From NCBI GenBank assembly GCA_965247115.1, contig CBDFGR010000002.1:1216001-1280000 (forward strand): a stretch of DNA of 64,000 bases. The letters are read 5' to 3'. Shown here in pieces: positions 28,661 to 37,716 of this stretch. The translations under genes and the position numbers were made by a program. The notes beneath the pieces were generated by a model. The model did no database searches. It saw nothing but the letters and a program-made list of their open reading frames with translations, and was not told where the DNA came from. The number at the start of each line of letters is the position of its first letter. Positions within the stretch are counted from its first letter, which is position 1. The DNA comes from Myxococcota bacterium. GTDB lineage: Bacteria > Myxococcota_A > UBA9160 > SZUA-336.

Positions 28661-29976
28661 TGCGCTCGCTGCTCTCTGTGCTGGCCAGCGTCTGCGCGCT
28701 CGGCGGCGCCGGACTCGCCGCTGCGGACGCCGCGGAGCGCCCCGATCTCACACTGTCCATCGCCTCGCCCACCAACGGCGCGGTCATCGGGGATCCGGGG
28801 GGCATGGCCTTCGTATCCGGAAAGGCGCTCGCCCTGTTCGGCGAGTTTCAGACCTTTGACATCGTCTTCGTGATCGACACCTCGGAGAGCACCTCGGCGC
28901 CGTCCGGAGCCGACGTCGATGGCGACGGCGAGATCGGCGAACGCCGCGGTGGGAGGTACCTCGGGATCTTCGGCAGGGTGCTTCCGCTTCCGACGAGCGA
29001 CAAGGGCGATAGCGTCCTGGCTGCAGAGGTCGCGGGCGTTCGCGTACTCCTCGACCAGCTCGACCCTCGCACCACGCGTGTGGGAATCGTCGCGTTCGGT
29101 GGAGACCAGGATCCGCTGACGCCCGATGCGTACACGGTGGTCCCGCTGACGACAGACTACCGCCGAGCGCGAAAGGGACTGGACGACATCATGAGCGAGG
29201 GTCCGCGCGGGATGACGAACATGGCCACCGCGGTGAACATGGCGGCAATCGAGCTCATGGGTACCCAGAGTGCGTACAGCGAGAGGCGGTTCGGCTCGAA
29301 GCGAATCATGATGTTCCTGACCGACGGGATCCCCACGCTCCCGATCGACAGCTCCAAGATGCAGAACGCGCGCATGGCGATCCAGCAGGCCGTCCGGGTG
29401 TCCAAGTATAAGATCCGGATCGACACGTTCGCGATCGGAGAGGATGCGCTGTCCGAGCCGGTCGTCGTAGTCGAGATGGCGCGCGTCACGAACGGGGTCT
29501 TCACTCCCGTCCGCAATCCTGGCGACCTCCGAGCGGTCTTCGAAGACGTCACCTTCGCCGAAATCGGGGACCTGCAGGTCCGGAACACGACGAACGGCAA
29601 GGTCGCGGACTATCTCAACAAGAACGCCGACGGTACGTTCTCCGCGCTGCTCCCGATGGAGGAGGGTGAGAACATGCTCGAGGTGTACGCTCGCTCGACG
29701 AACGACACGGAGGCGCGCCGATCAATCCGGGTCGTGTTCCTGCCCAACGCAGAGGTCCAGGAGCTCTCTCCTCGACTCGTGGCCCAGCGCAACCGGCTCC
29801 TGGAGAACCGGCTACTGGACCTGCAACGGCGCCGGCTCCAGATCGAGACCGAGCGCGACGACGACCTGCGCCAGGGGCTCTCCGTGGAGATCGAGAAGGA
29901 GCGCAAAGAGGCGAGCCAGCGAGCCGAGGATCAGCGCAAGCAGCTCGAGATCCGCGTCGAGGACCGCGACAACTAG
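28660..29976 (+). CDS. Exported VWA-domain protein with C-terminal coiled coil
   Basis: Signal peptide; MIDAS DTSES, LTDG; DVDGDG loop. Confidence 0.8.
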   Translation: MRSLLSVLASVCALGGAGLAAADAAERPDLTLSIASPTNGAVIGDPGGMAFVSGKALALFGEFQTFDIVFVIDTSESTSAPSGADVDGDGEIGERRGGRYLGIFGRVLPLPTSDKGDSVLAAEVAGVRVLLDQLDPRTTRVGIVAFGGDQDPLTPDAYTVVPLTTDYRRARKGLDDIMSEGPRGMTNMATAVNMAAIELMGTQSAYSERRFGSKRIMMFLTDGIPTLPIDSSKMQNARMAIQQAVRVSKYKIRIDTFAIGEDALSEPVVVVEMARVTNGVFTPVRNPGDLRAVFEDVTFAEIGDLQVRNTTNGKVADYLNKNADGTFSALLPMEEGENMLEVYARSTNDTEARRSIRVVFLPNAEVQELSPRLVAQRNRLLENRLLDLQRRRLQIETERDDDLRQGLSVEIEKERKEASQRAEDQRKQLEIRVEDRDN

Positions 29977-29993
29977 AGTCCCGGCTGCGCCTG

Positions 29994-30524
29994 TCAGAGT
30001 CCGGGCTGCGCCCTTTGGGCCTCGCGCTTCGACTTGCGCAACACGGTGCGACGGTTCGTGGCGCGCTTCGCCATGAGCTTGCCACGCATCTTCACGTAGT
30101 TGTCCCACGCGCGCGGGCGCTTGTCCTGCATCCACTGCGTGAGGTCCTCGTACGTGTCGAAACGAGTCTTCCAGGCGTTCTCGGATGTCGTGACCTCACA
30201 CTCGTTCCAGGAGAAGTCCGAGCAGATCCGGGGCCGCTCCTCGTAGACACCGCAGGTGTGGGTATCGGTCAGGTGCTCACAAACGGTCTCGAACTCGATG
30301 AACCAGTCTCCCTCCCAGTCGATGTACACGCACACGTCCTTGTGGGTGAGGTACCAGTAGAGCTCGTCGTAATCCTTGAAGGAGCTCGGGTTATCGATCT
30401 CGATGGCGATGTAGTGGCAGCACTTCCCACACGCGCTGCAGGGGTGGGCCTTCGGTAGTTCGAGCATCGGCAGCTCGAGGGACGTCCCCTGGGCTTGCGG
30501 CATCTCTCCGTTCGGCTTGCTCAT
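29994..30524 (-). CDS. YkgJ/CxxCxxCC family Cys-cluster protein
   Basis: CSACGKCC..CEHL..CGVYEERPRIC. Confidence 0.85.
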   Translation of the reverse strand: MSKPNGEMPQAQGTSLELPMLELPKAHPCSACGKCCHYIAIEIDNPSSFKDYDELYWYLTHKDVCVYIDWEGDWFIEFETVCEHLTDTHTCGVYEERPRICSDFSWNECEVTTSENAWKTRFDTYEDLTQWMQDKRPRAWDNYVKMRGKLMAKRATNRRTVLRKSKREAQRAQPGL

Positions 30525-30550
30525 CGCTCCTCCGTGACAGATTCACGCAC

Positions 30551-31420
30551 TTAATAGCCCAGCTCGCGAGGATCCTCCCCTTCCGTCCGGGGTCGACCCC
30601 AGAACTGCAGGGGGATCTCGATCTTCTTGAACTCCTCGACTCTGGCCGCGCGCCATGCAGCCAGTGTGGCCCAGTAGCTCGACTCGTCGTGGACCGCCCG
30701 AATCCGCTCCTCGACGGTCAAGTACGCGATCTGCGCCGGGCTTTGGAGTACCGCACGCGTCTCGAGCCTACGGCCCAGCTCAGCGCCACTGCGCTGTTCG
30801 AGCGCGATCGCCGCGCGCAATGCGGGATCGGGCATATCCCGGGCCTTTTCCTCCAGGCGTCGCGCCAGCCAGGGCAGCATGATCTCCGTCCACGCCGGGT
30901 CATCCAGCAACCCGCGTGCGAGCTCTCCGGCATCGAGGTCCTCCAGCTGCAGCGCCCTGGCGCGCGCCAGGCGTTCCTCGCGCAGCACCCCCGCTCGCTC
31001 CACGCGCTTGTGGAGCCGATGCCGACGGAAGCGCGCCCGTAGCCGCTCGTAGCGCTCTGGCATCCGCTCGAGTGCGCTCCGCGCCGGGGGCACGAGAGAG
31101 GGATCGGGCTCGATCCCCAGGTAGCGGGCCTGCAGACGCTCCCAGGCGTGAGCATTGATCGCGATCCGGCCGTAGTGGAGAGCGACCCATTGCGCGGGAG
31201 CGCTGCGTTCCAGCAAGCCGAGCCGCTGCCACAGCTCGCGAAGTGTACGTTCGAGTGGACTCGAGAGGCGGGACCACATCGACGGAGTTGCGATCTCGTC
31301 CAGTGGGCTCCCGAGCGGAGCGCGGGTCTGCCCCGGATATACCGCGTCCGGAGCTGTCGTCCTGGGGTACGCAGGATCTTCGGACGTGCCGAGTTCCGGC
31401 GGGAGCGAGTCGAGCGACAT
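30551..31420 (-). CDS. Hypothetical protein resembling the central region of PEP-utilising enzymes
   Basis: ATPSMWS, YGRIAIN, ELGRRL..IAYLTVEE; no ATP-grasp or phospho-His domain. Confidence 0.5.
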   Translation of the reverse strand: MSLDSLPPELGTSEDPAYPRTTAPDAVYPGQTRAPLGSPLDEIATPSMWSRLSSPLERTLRELWQRLGLLERSAPAQWVALHYGRIAINAHAWERLQARYLGIEPDPSLVPPARSALERMPERYERLRARFRRHRLHKRVERAGVLREERLARARALQLEDLDAGELARGLLDDPAWTEIMLPWLARRLEEKARDMPDPALRAAIALEQRSGAELGRRLETRAVLQSPAQIAYLTVEERIRAVHDESSYWATLAAWRAARVEEFKKIEIPLQFWGRPRTEGEDPRELGY

Positions 31421-31477
31421 CCTTCGATTGTAGGATTCTCTCTGGGCTTGGCTAGAAGAAGAGCGGCTCGCGCGGCC

Positions 31478-32155
31478 TCACTCGGCCATGGTAACGACGA
31501 CCGGCCGCTGCTCGACCCGGAAGTGGGCGTTCTCGTCGAAAATCTCGATGGGCTCCCAGCCCGGGATCTCTGAGAGCGGCGTCATGCTATCCGTCACGAC
31601 CCCCGTCGGATCGAGCACGAAAGGATCCTCTCTGGATTCACCCTCGAACCAGAGCGTGACCATGTGATGCTGGCCACTGTTGCGCTCGACGACGATAGCG
31701 CGGTAGATCTCGTTCTTGCCGAAGCCGAGCTTTCGCAGCAGCTCGAACGTCAGCAGGTCCAGGCCGTCGCAGTCATCCCCGCCGCTCTCCACGACCTCAC
31801 TCAACGTGGCCCAGTGGTCGCGATCTCCGTCCGGCCGGTAGTGCGAGCGGCTGTTCTCCTGCACCCACTGAATCGTCCGAGACGCGACGTCTCGGCGCAG
31901 CTCTGTCGAGAAGACGTCGTACTCCGTACCGAGAGCTGAGGACGTCCGCGGATCCTCGCCGCGGCGCACCGGATCCAGGTGATGCCTTGCCTGCCAGTTC
32001 TCGATCTTCTGGGTCCACGGATTGTCCGACGGGGCCGGGACGAAGAAGTTCACCTCTACAGCGGGCAGGAATGGCATCCTCGCTGCACAGGAGAGAGAGG
32101 CCAATCCAATCAGAGCTACTGCAATCCCGAGGCCGCGCATTCGAAGAGTCCTCAC
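31478..32155 (-). CDS. Transglutaminase-like cysteine peptidase (BTLCP/LapG-like), probable lipoprotein
   Basis: DHWAT..E..GDDCDG, HHMV, VLD; N-terminal LSC. Confidence 0.75.
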   Translation of the reverse strand: MRTLRMRGLGIAVALIGLASLSCAARMPFLPAVEVNFFVPAPSDNPWTQKIENWQARHHLDPVRRGEDPRTSSALGTEYDVFSTELRRDVASRTIQWVQENSRSHYRPDGDRDHWATLSEVVESGGDDCDGLDLLTFELLRKLGFGKNEIYRAIVVERNSGQHHMVTLWFEGESREDPFVLDPTGVVTDSMTPLSEIPGWEPIEIFDENAHFRVEQRPVVVTMAE

Positions 32156-32283
32156 GTCTAGCAGAACGATCCGAGCAGCCCCTCCAGGGGGCTGGAATCG
32201 GTCTACCGGGCCTGCGACTTGAGCGGCCGGGAGTCACGCCTCGGGACCTCCGAGGCGTTGTTGCACAGGAGCGACATCACGCA

Positions 32284-32325
32284 GCGCAGACGACGCTCAG
32301 AAGCGCAGACGACGCCCAGAAGCGC
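32284..32325. repeat. Intergenic 19-bp tandem duplication
   Basis: GCGCAGACGACGCTCAGAA / GCGCAGACGACGCCCAGAA / GCGC. Confidence 0.7.
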
Positions 32326-32335
32326 GGGCGATGCT

Positions 32336-33577
32336 TCAGAAGAACCAGTCGACCTGGATGTAGAACAGGCCCGGCACGTCCGCGTACGCGGCGTCCTTCT
32401 TGTCGCTCCCGATGAAGAGCTGTACGCCCACGCTGATCTCGAGATCGGAGCGCGGGCTGTACGCCAGCGAAGGAACCAGGGCCTCGCTGGGTCCGTTCCA
32501 GTCGTGTAGCCACAGCACGTTCCCGGTCAGGAGCGGTGTGAACTCGTACCCGACCATGAAGGCCGTCGTGTGGAGCACGCGAGAGGGAAGACGGGAAACG
32601 GCCGCAAACCCCTCCTGCTCCAGCCGACCGAGGATCGGCGCCAGGCTACCAAGCCCCGCGAGGGCCCCGAAGTCCTCCGCATCGACAAGGTCCTCGTTGT
32701 ACGAGTGCTCGACGAGCGCGTAGAGCCCGTTGCCCACGCCGAAGGTGTAGTCGGCCGAGCCCACGACCTGCCAGATGCGCCCGCCCGACTTGAGGTGGGT
32801 GAAGGTGGCCTCCGCCCGCACTGCCGCTCCGGCGACGTTCCGCGCGAAGTCCGCGCCGAACACCCAGTCCTTGGCGATGCGGCCGACCATGACCGCGGCA
32901 TCGAGCTCGATGGTGCTGAGCTCGAGACGTCCCACGGCTCGATGCTGGTCGGGGTCGTCCTGCGGCGACCAGATACCCACGCCCCAGAGCTCAGGAGTGA
33001 GACGAACGCGCACGAGCGCGGCGTCCTGGCCAATGCGCTGGTTCGACTCGATGGCCAGCGCCGGAATCGGATTGAACAGATCGGTGGGGTTCCAGATGCG
33101 ACCCCTGCCGAGTGCGATCCGCTGCCGGCCCAGTGTCACCTCGAGGCCGTCGCCCTCGTAGCGCACCCAGGCGCGATAGAGAAGGTGGCGCCAGAACCCG
33201 TCGCGGTGATCCGAGATCGTCCGATCCCAGTCGAACCACGTCGCGAACGGGATCTCCTTGCTGAGCTGGAAGGACACCGAGTCGAGCGCCGAGCCGGTGA
33301 AGAACTCGCTGTCGTAGGTGATCCAGCCCGAGATGCGGTCACCGTAGGTGCCCTCGAGGCTCACTCTCGCCCGCTCGAGCAGCAGCCCGCTGTCGCTGCG
33401 TCGCGTCGATCCGTCGACGAGCAGCCCTTCTGCATCGATGCTGCGCGTGTGGCGAAAGAGCGTCCGCAGGCTCCCCGAGAGCTCGAGATGGAGCTCCCCG
33501 CTCTCGAACTCTACCCCGCGTGCTGGGCTCGCAATCAGGAGCGAGAGGGCCGCCAGCCACAGCGGCAGACGCGTCAC
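32336..33577 (-). CDS. Outer-membrane beta-barrel hypothetical protein
   Basis: Signal peptide, GRQRIALG..WNPTD, terminal YIQVDWFF. Confidence 0.7.
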   Translation of the reverse strand: MTRLPLWLAALSLLIASPARGVEFESGELHLELSGSLRTLFRHTRSIDAEGLLVDGSTRRSDSGLLLERARVSLEGTYGDRISGWITYDSEFFTGSALDSVSFQLSKEIPFATWFDWDRTISDHRDGFWRHLLYRAWVRYEGDGLEVTLGRQRIALGRGRIWNPTDLFNPIPALAIESNQRIGQDAALVRVRLTPELWGVGIWSPQDDPDQHRAVGRLELSTIELDAAVMVGRIAKDWVFGADFARNVAGAAVRAEATFTHLKSGGRIWQVVGSADYTFGVGNGLYALVEHSYNEDLVDAEDFGALAGLGSLAPILGRLEQEGFAAVSRLPSRVLHTTAFMVGYEFTPLLTGNVLWLHDWNGPSEALVPSLAYSPRSDLEISVGVQLFIGSDKKDAAYADVPGLFYIQVDWFF

Positions 33578-34269
33578 GGGTCGCGCCGTTCGTCGCTCTC
33601 GATCTGGCCATCCGACAGGCTCACGATGCGCCGCGCTCTCCGCATGACGCGGGGATCGTGGGTGCTGAACAGGAAAGTCACGCCGCGTTCCTCGTTCATC
33701 CGCAGCATCAGGTCGAGCAGCGACTCCGCTGTCTTGGAGTCCAGATTCGCGGTCGGCTCGTCTGCAAGGACGATTTCGGGGGCCGAAACGATCGCGCGGG
33801 CGACGGCGACGCGCTGCTGCTGGCCGCCGCTCATCTCCCCCGGTCGTTTGTCCGAGAGCTCGGCGAGCCCGAGCTCCTCGAGCAGAAGGTGCGAGCGGCG
33901 TCGTCGCTCGCGCGCCGACACGCCCTGCAGCAGCAGCACGAACTCCACGTTCTCAACGGCCGAGAGCACCGGCACCAGGTTATAGGCTTGGAACACGAAG
34001 CCAAGTTTTCTCAGTCGCAGATCGGCGCGCTCGGCCTCAGACATCTCCGTCGTATCGACGCCGTCGACCAGCACCCGTCCCTCCGTGGGGCGGTCTAGCG
34101 TTCCCAGCTGGTTCAGGAGCGTGGTCTTGCCCGAGCCAGACGGCCCACACAGCGTCGAGAACTCCCCGTGCTCCACGCTGAGCGAGACGTCGGCGATCGC
34201 ACGCGTCTCGACCTCACCATCCCGGTAGGTCTTCGTCACTCTGTCCGCTTCGAGGATCGTCTCTGCCAT
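33574..34269 (-). CDS. ABC transporter ATPase (LolD/MacB-like)
   Basis: GPSGSGKTT, MSGGQQQRVA, LADEPTANLD. Confidence 0.93.
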   Translation of the reverse strand: MAETILEADRVTKTYRDGEVETRAIADVSLSVEHGEFSTLCGPSGSGKTTLLNQLGTLDRPTEGRVLVDGVDTTEMSEAERADLRLRKLGFVFQAYNLVPVLSAVENVEFVLLLQGVSARERRRRSHLLLEELGLAELSDKRPGEMSGGQQQRVAVARAIVSAPEIVLADEPTANLDSKTAESLLDLMLRMNEERGVTFLFSTHDPRVMRRARRIVSLSDGQIESDERRDP

Positions 34270-34280
34270 TCCGACTCTAC

Positions 34281-35519
34281 CTAGACGTGCCGCAGGGCCT
34301 CGGCTGGGCGAAGGCGGGCGGCCTTGAGAGCCGGCCACAGGGCCGAGATCACGGCCGTCACGACGGCCAAGGTGACGGGAACCGCTACGTCCGCAAGCTC
34401 GACGGCGGGGTACATCCGCACTCCGATCCCGTAGTCCCCCAAGGCATCGGAGAAAGCCGAGATCTCCAGCCCCACCTCGCCCACCCAGAGCACGACGGGA
34501 ATGCCGATCCCCAGCCCGACCAGCGTCCCGGCCACGGTCAGGAGCAGCGACTCCAGCAGGACGAGCGCGATCAGGCGACGCGCCTGCAGGCCGAGAGCAC
34601 GCATCACACCGAACTCGCGGATTCGCTCGTAGACCGCAGTAAGGAGCACGTTCGCGATTCCGAAGGCCATGGCGACGAACACCACGGCATAGAAGATCCA
34701 GCGAACGTTGCTCATCAAGTCGAGCATGGCCGCGAGGCGCGGCTCGCGCTCCTGCCAGGTCAGGACCTCCAGTCGCTGCTCGGGCAGGACCTCGCCCAGG
34801 CGCGTTCGCGACCAGGCCTGCACGACGGTCCCGGCGTCCGGATCGTCGACCGCCGCGACCACGGCCGTGATCCTGTCGCCGACGTCGAGAAGCCGCTGCG
34901 CGTCCTCGAGCGCAACGAACAAGAATACCTGATCGAAGGCCGTGGACACGGTGCGGTAAATTCCGCCGACGCGGAACGCCCCCAGTCCGTAGTCGCCGGG
35001 AACGCGCACCACGACCTTGTCGCCCAGTCCTACCCGAAGCCGCTCCGCGAGCTCGGCGCCGACCAGAATGGGACGGTTCCGGCGACCGGCCGGCACCTCC
35101 AGATAGGACCCCGCGACCAGCGAGTCCGCCACGCTCGAGACGTCGCGCTCGAGAGTCGGCACCACGCCCACCAGTACGGCGCGCGAGCTGCGGCGCGCGC
35201 TCTGAATCAAGCCCCCGCCCTGCAGGCGCGGCGCGGCATGCACGCCGCTACGTGTCGAGAGCTCCTCGACGATCCGGCGACCAGAGTCCGGGATGCTCCG
35301 ATCCGGATCCGGGCTCGCATGGTAACCCTCTGCGTGGACAGCGAGGTGGCCCAGCTGGGTCCGCACCGCTGTGTCCGTCATCTGCTTCATCAAGCCGAGC
35401 ATCCAGGCCATCAGCACCAGCATTCCCCACAGACCGATGGTGATCGCGGTCACGACGATCGCGCTGCGTCGCCAGCCGCGCCACAAGTTGCGCCAGGCGA
35501 TCCGCACGAGCACACCCAC
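34281..35519 (-). CDS. FtsX/LolE-like ABC permease
   Basis: AWRNLWR, ERIREFGVMRALG, P.EALR end. Confidence 0.9.
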   Translation of the reverse strand: MGVLVRIAWRNLWRGWRRSAIVVTAITIGLWGMLVLMAWMLGLMKQMTDTAVRTQLGHLAVHAEGYHASPDPDRSIPDSGRRIVEELSTRSGVHAAPRLQGGGLIQSARRSSRAVLVGVVPTLERDVSSVADSLVAGSYLEVPAGRRNRPILVGAELAERLRVGLGDKVVVRVPGDYGLGAFRVGGIYRTVSTAFDQVFLFVALEDAQRLLDVGDRITAVVAAVDDPDAGTVVQAWSRTRLGEVLPEQRLEVLTWQEREPRLAAMLDLMSNVRWIFYAVVFVAMAFGIANVLLTAVYERIREFGVMRALGLQARRLIALVLLESLLLTVAGTLVGLGIGIPVVLWVGEVGLEISAFSDALGDYGIGVRMYPAVELADVAVPVTLAVVTAVISALWPALKAARLRPAEALRHV

Positions 35520-35520
35520 T

Positions 35521-36759
35521 TCAGGTCTCGCGGAGCGCGTCGACGGGACGGCCGCGGGCTGCCCGTACCGCAGGTGGCAGCGCGGCGAGCAGGGCCACCA
35601 CGCTCAGCGCCAGGGCCGTGCCCACAAGCTGACGGGCGCTGAGCTGGACCTCCATCACCGCGTCGATCTCGAAGAGCTTCGCCATCTCCGCGAGCTCCCC
35701 AGTTGCGATGGGAAGCGGGTGCGCCGTGAGCCAGAGCAGCAGCGGCACGGCGACGCCAAAGCCCAGCGCGAAGCCGAGCAGCGAGAGCTGGAACGACTCC
35801 AGCATGACGAGCGCGAACACCCCCCGCGGCTTCAGGCCCAGCGCCCGGAGCACGCCGAACTCGTGCACGCGCTCGAAGACGGACATCAGGACGGTGTTGA
35901 GCAGCCCGAAGCCAACGACCACGATGATCACGGCGAGGGACAGCCAGCCCCCGACGCGGTCCATCAGCATCAACTGGATCACCTCGGGGACGAGCTGCTC
36001 CCAGGAAAGGATCTCATAGTTCGTGTCGGGGAACAGGCTCAGCAGCTGGGGGCCGAGGGGCGCGACGGCATCGCTGTCCTCCACGAAGAAGGCGACGTGA
36101 GAGACGGCCTGGCCGACTTCCAGGAACTCCTGGAGCGTCTGCAGGTCGATCAGCGCGGCGTAGCCGTCGAAGTCCCCGAGGCCGACCTCTATGGTACCCA
36201 GCACCGGGAAGCGATCGGCGGACTGAGAGCCGTAGTAGTCCGCTGCGATCAGGATCACGCTGTCCCCGGCGCCAACGCCGAGATTCCGGGCGAGCACTTC
36301 GCCCAGGACGAGACCACGCACCTGTGCCGCAGAACCTCGCGCATCTTCCAGCGAGCTCCCCAGCTTTGTGAGCACGCTCTCTCTGTCCAAATCCACTCCG
36401 ATCAGCCAGGCGGGCCGGCCTCGGGAGCCCTCGCGATCGGGCATGGCCAGCGCCCAGGACTCGAGCCGCGGCGCCCAGCCCTCGACCAGCGACAGCCCGT
36501 CGAGCTCCCGGCGCGAGTCCGCGTCGAGCGTCATCCCGTAGTCCAGCGTGCGGTGCTCCCGATAGCCCGCAAGGCTGACCTCGTAGTGCCCGGGATAGAC
36601 CCGCACGGTGTTCTCGATCCAGCGCTCGTAACTCCCCTTCTGAATGGCGAGCGTGGTGAGGGTCAGGGCGCTTGCGAACATCGCCGCGGCCGTCGTGAGC
36701 GCGGTGCGACGGCGGTTGCGGCCCAGGTTCCGCCACGCGAGCTGGAGCAGCGCGATCAA
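35521..36759 (-). CDS. FtsX/LolC-like ABC permease
   Basis: AWRNLGRNRRRT, ERVHEFGVLRALG, PVDALRE; TTG start overlapping the upstream stop. Confidence 0.9.
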   Translation of the reverse strand: MIALLQLAWRNLGRNRRRTALTTAAAMFASALTLTTLAIQKGSYERWIENTVRVYPGHYEVSLAGYREHRTLDYGMTLDADSRRELDGLSLVEGWAPRLESWALAMPDREGSRGRPAWLIGVDLDRESVLTKLGSSLEDARGSAAQVRGLVLGEVLARNLGVGAGDSVILIAADYYGSQSADRFPVLGTIEVGLGDFDGYAALIDLQTLQEFLEVGQAVSHVAFFVEDSDAVAPLGPQLLSLFPDTNYEILSWEQLVPEVIQLMLMDRVGGWLSLAVIIVVVGFGLLNTVLMSVFERVHEFGVLRALGLKPRGVFALVMLESFQLSLLGFALGFGVAVPLLLWLTAHPLPIATGELAEMAKLFEIDAVMEVQLSARQLVGTALALSVVALLAALPPAVRAARGRPVDALRET

Positions 36760-37589
36760 CGCGCCCGCTCCGCCCGCCGGAGGTTCTGCTGCGTGAAGAT
36801 CCCGTCCTCGAACTTCTGGTCCAGCTCGACGGACTCGATCGTCATGCTCGTGCTCTGCCCCGGCTTGTCGACGGGGACGATCTCCCAGAAATGGGGCATC
36901 GGGCGGCCCTGGACCTCGCGAATGTCCGAGAAGCTCATGCGCCGCAGCAGCTCGTACTCGCCCGGCGCGGGCTCGTCGTAGTACAGGTACACGAGCGGGG
37001 CGAGCCGCTCCTTCTCGAGCCAAAGCTCGACCCGAGCCCAGACTACCGGTGCCTCTTCCTTCGGAATGAGGTCCACGCCGAGCGCGGTTACGCCGTCGAT
37101 GAGCTTCTCGCCGAGCGCCTCTGGCCTGTAGTCGTCGATCATCGAGGAGTCGCGGGCCAGGTCGTCGTTCGTGAAGTCACTGCCCATCCAGGGTTGCAGC
37201 ATCATCGAGGGCGGGATGCGCATGGTCCGCTCCACCCGCGGAAGGTAAGTCCAGAAGGTCTCCTCGAGCCGCAGGAAGCCGACGCCCCGGTCCTTGCTCG
37301 GCTCGATAATGCGGATGAAGCTGCGATCTCCCAGCCTGTCGTCCCAGGAGTGGAACTTGACCTCCCGTGTCCAGCGCGGGGTGGTGATGACCATGACAGC
37401 GCGCATCTCGGCCGTGTCTCCCCGCAGGGCGTCCTCGGCCCGGCGAACGACCTCGGCCGCGTCGAACGGCTCCTCGCCGCCCGCCGAGAGGACAAAGAGC
37501 GGGGTGAGAAGCAGGAGCAACCGACTCAGCCGGGCAGCTACGCGCTCAGAGACGGCCGCCGGAGGAACGTTCGCACCGTGTCTATCCAC
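36756..37589 (-). CDS. Outer-membrane lipoprotein-sorting (LolA-like) protein; start uncertain
   Basis: WTYLPRVER, WMGSDFTNDD, FTQQNL. Confidence 0.8.
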   Translation of the reverse strand: MDRHGANVPPAAVSERVAARLSRLLLLLTPLFVLSAGGEEPFDAAEVVRRAEDALRGDTAEMRAVMVITTPRWTREVKFHSWDDRLGDRSFIRIIEPSKDRGVGFLRLEETFWTYLPRVERTMRIPPSMMLQPWMGSDFTNDDLARDSSMIDDYRPEALGEKLIDGVTALGVDLIPKEEAPVVWARVELWLEKERLAPLVYLYYDEPAPGEYELLRRMSFSDIREVQGRPMPHFWEIVPVDKPGQSTSMTIESVELDQKFEDGIFTQQNLRRAERAR

Positions 37590-37716
37590 CGACGTGTTTG
37601 TACCAACGTGACCTCCTGGGCGCAAAGCAACCTCGGCCCGTAGGGGCGCGCGACCGCTCGCGCGCCGGGACCCACAAGATTTGGCGGGATCGCACGGCAA
37701 CAGGTATGAACTGTGG

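Noticed and set aside
32284..32325. Possible mini-CRISPR
   Set aside because: Two adjacent 19-bp units with no spacers and no cas genes.
37645..37666. Hairpin upstream of ileS as a T-box
   Set aside because: The leader is too short and has no T-box consensus; it is a simple 9-bp GC hairpin.
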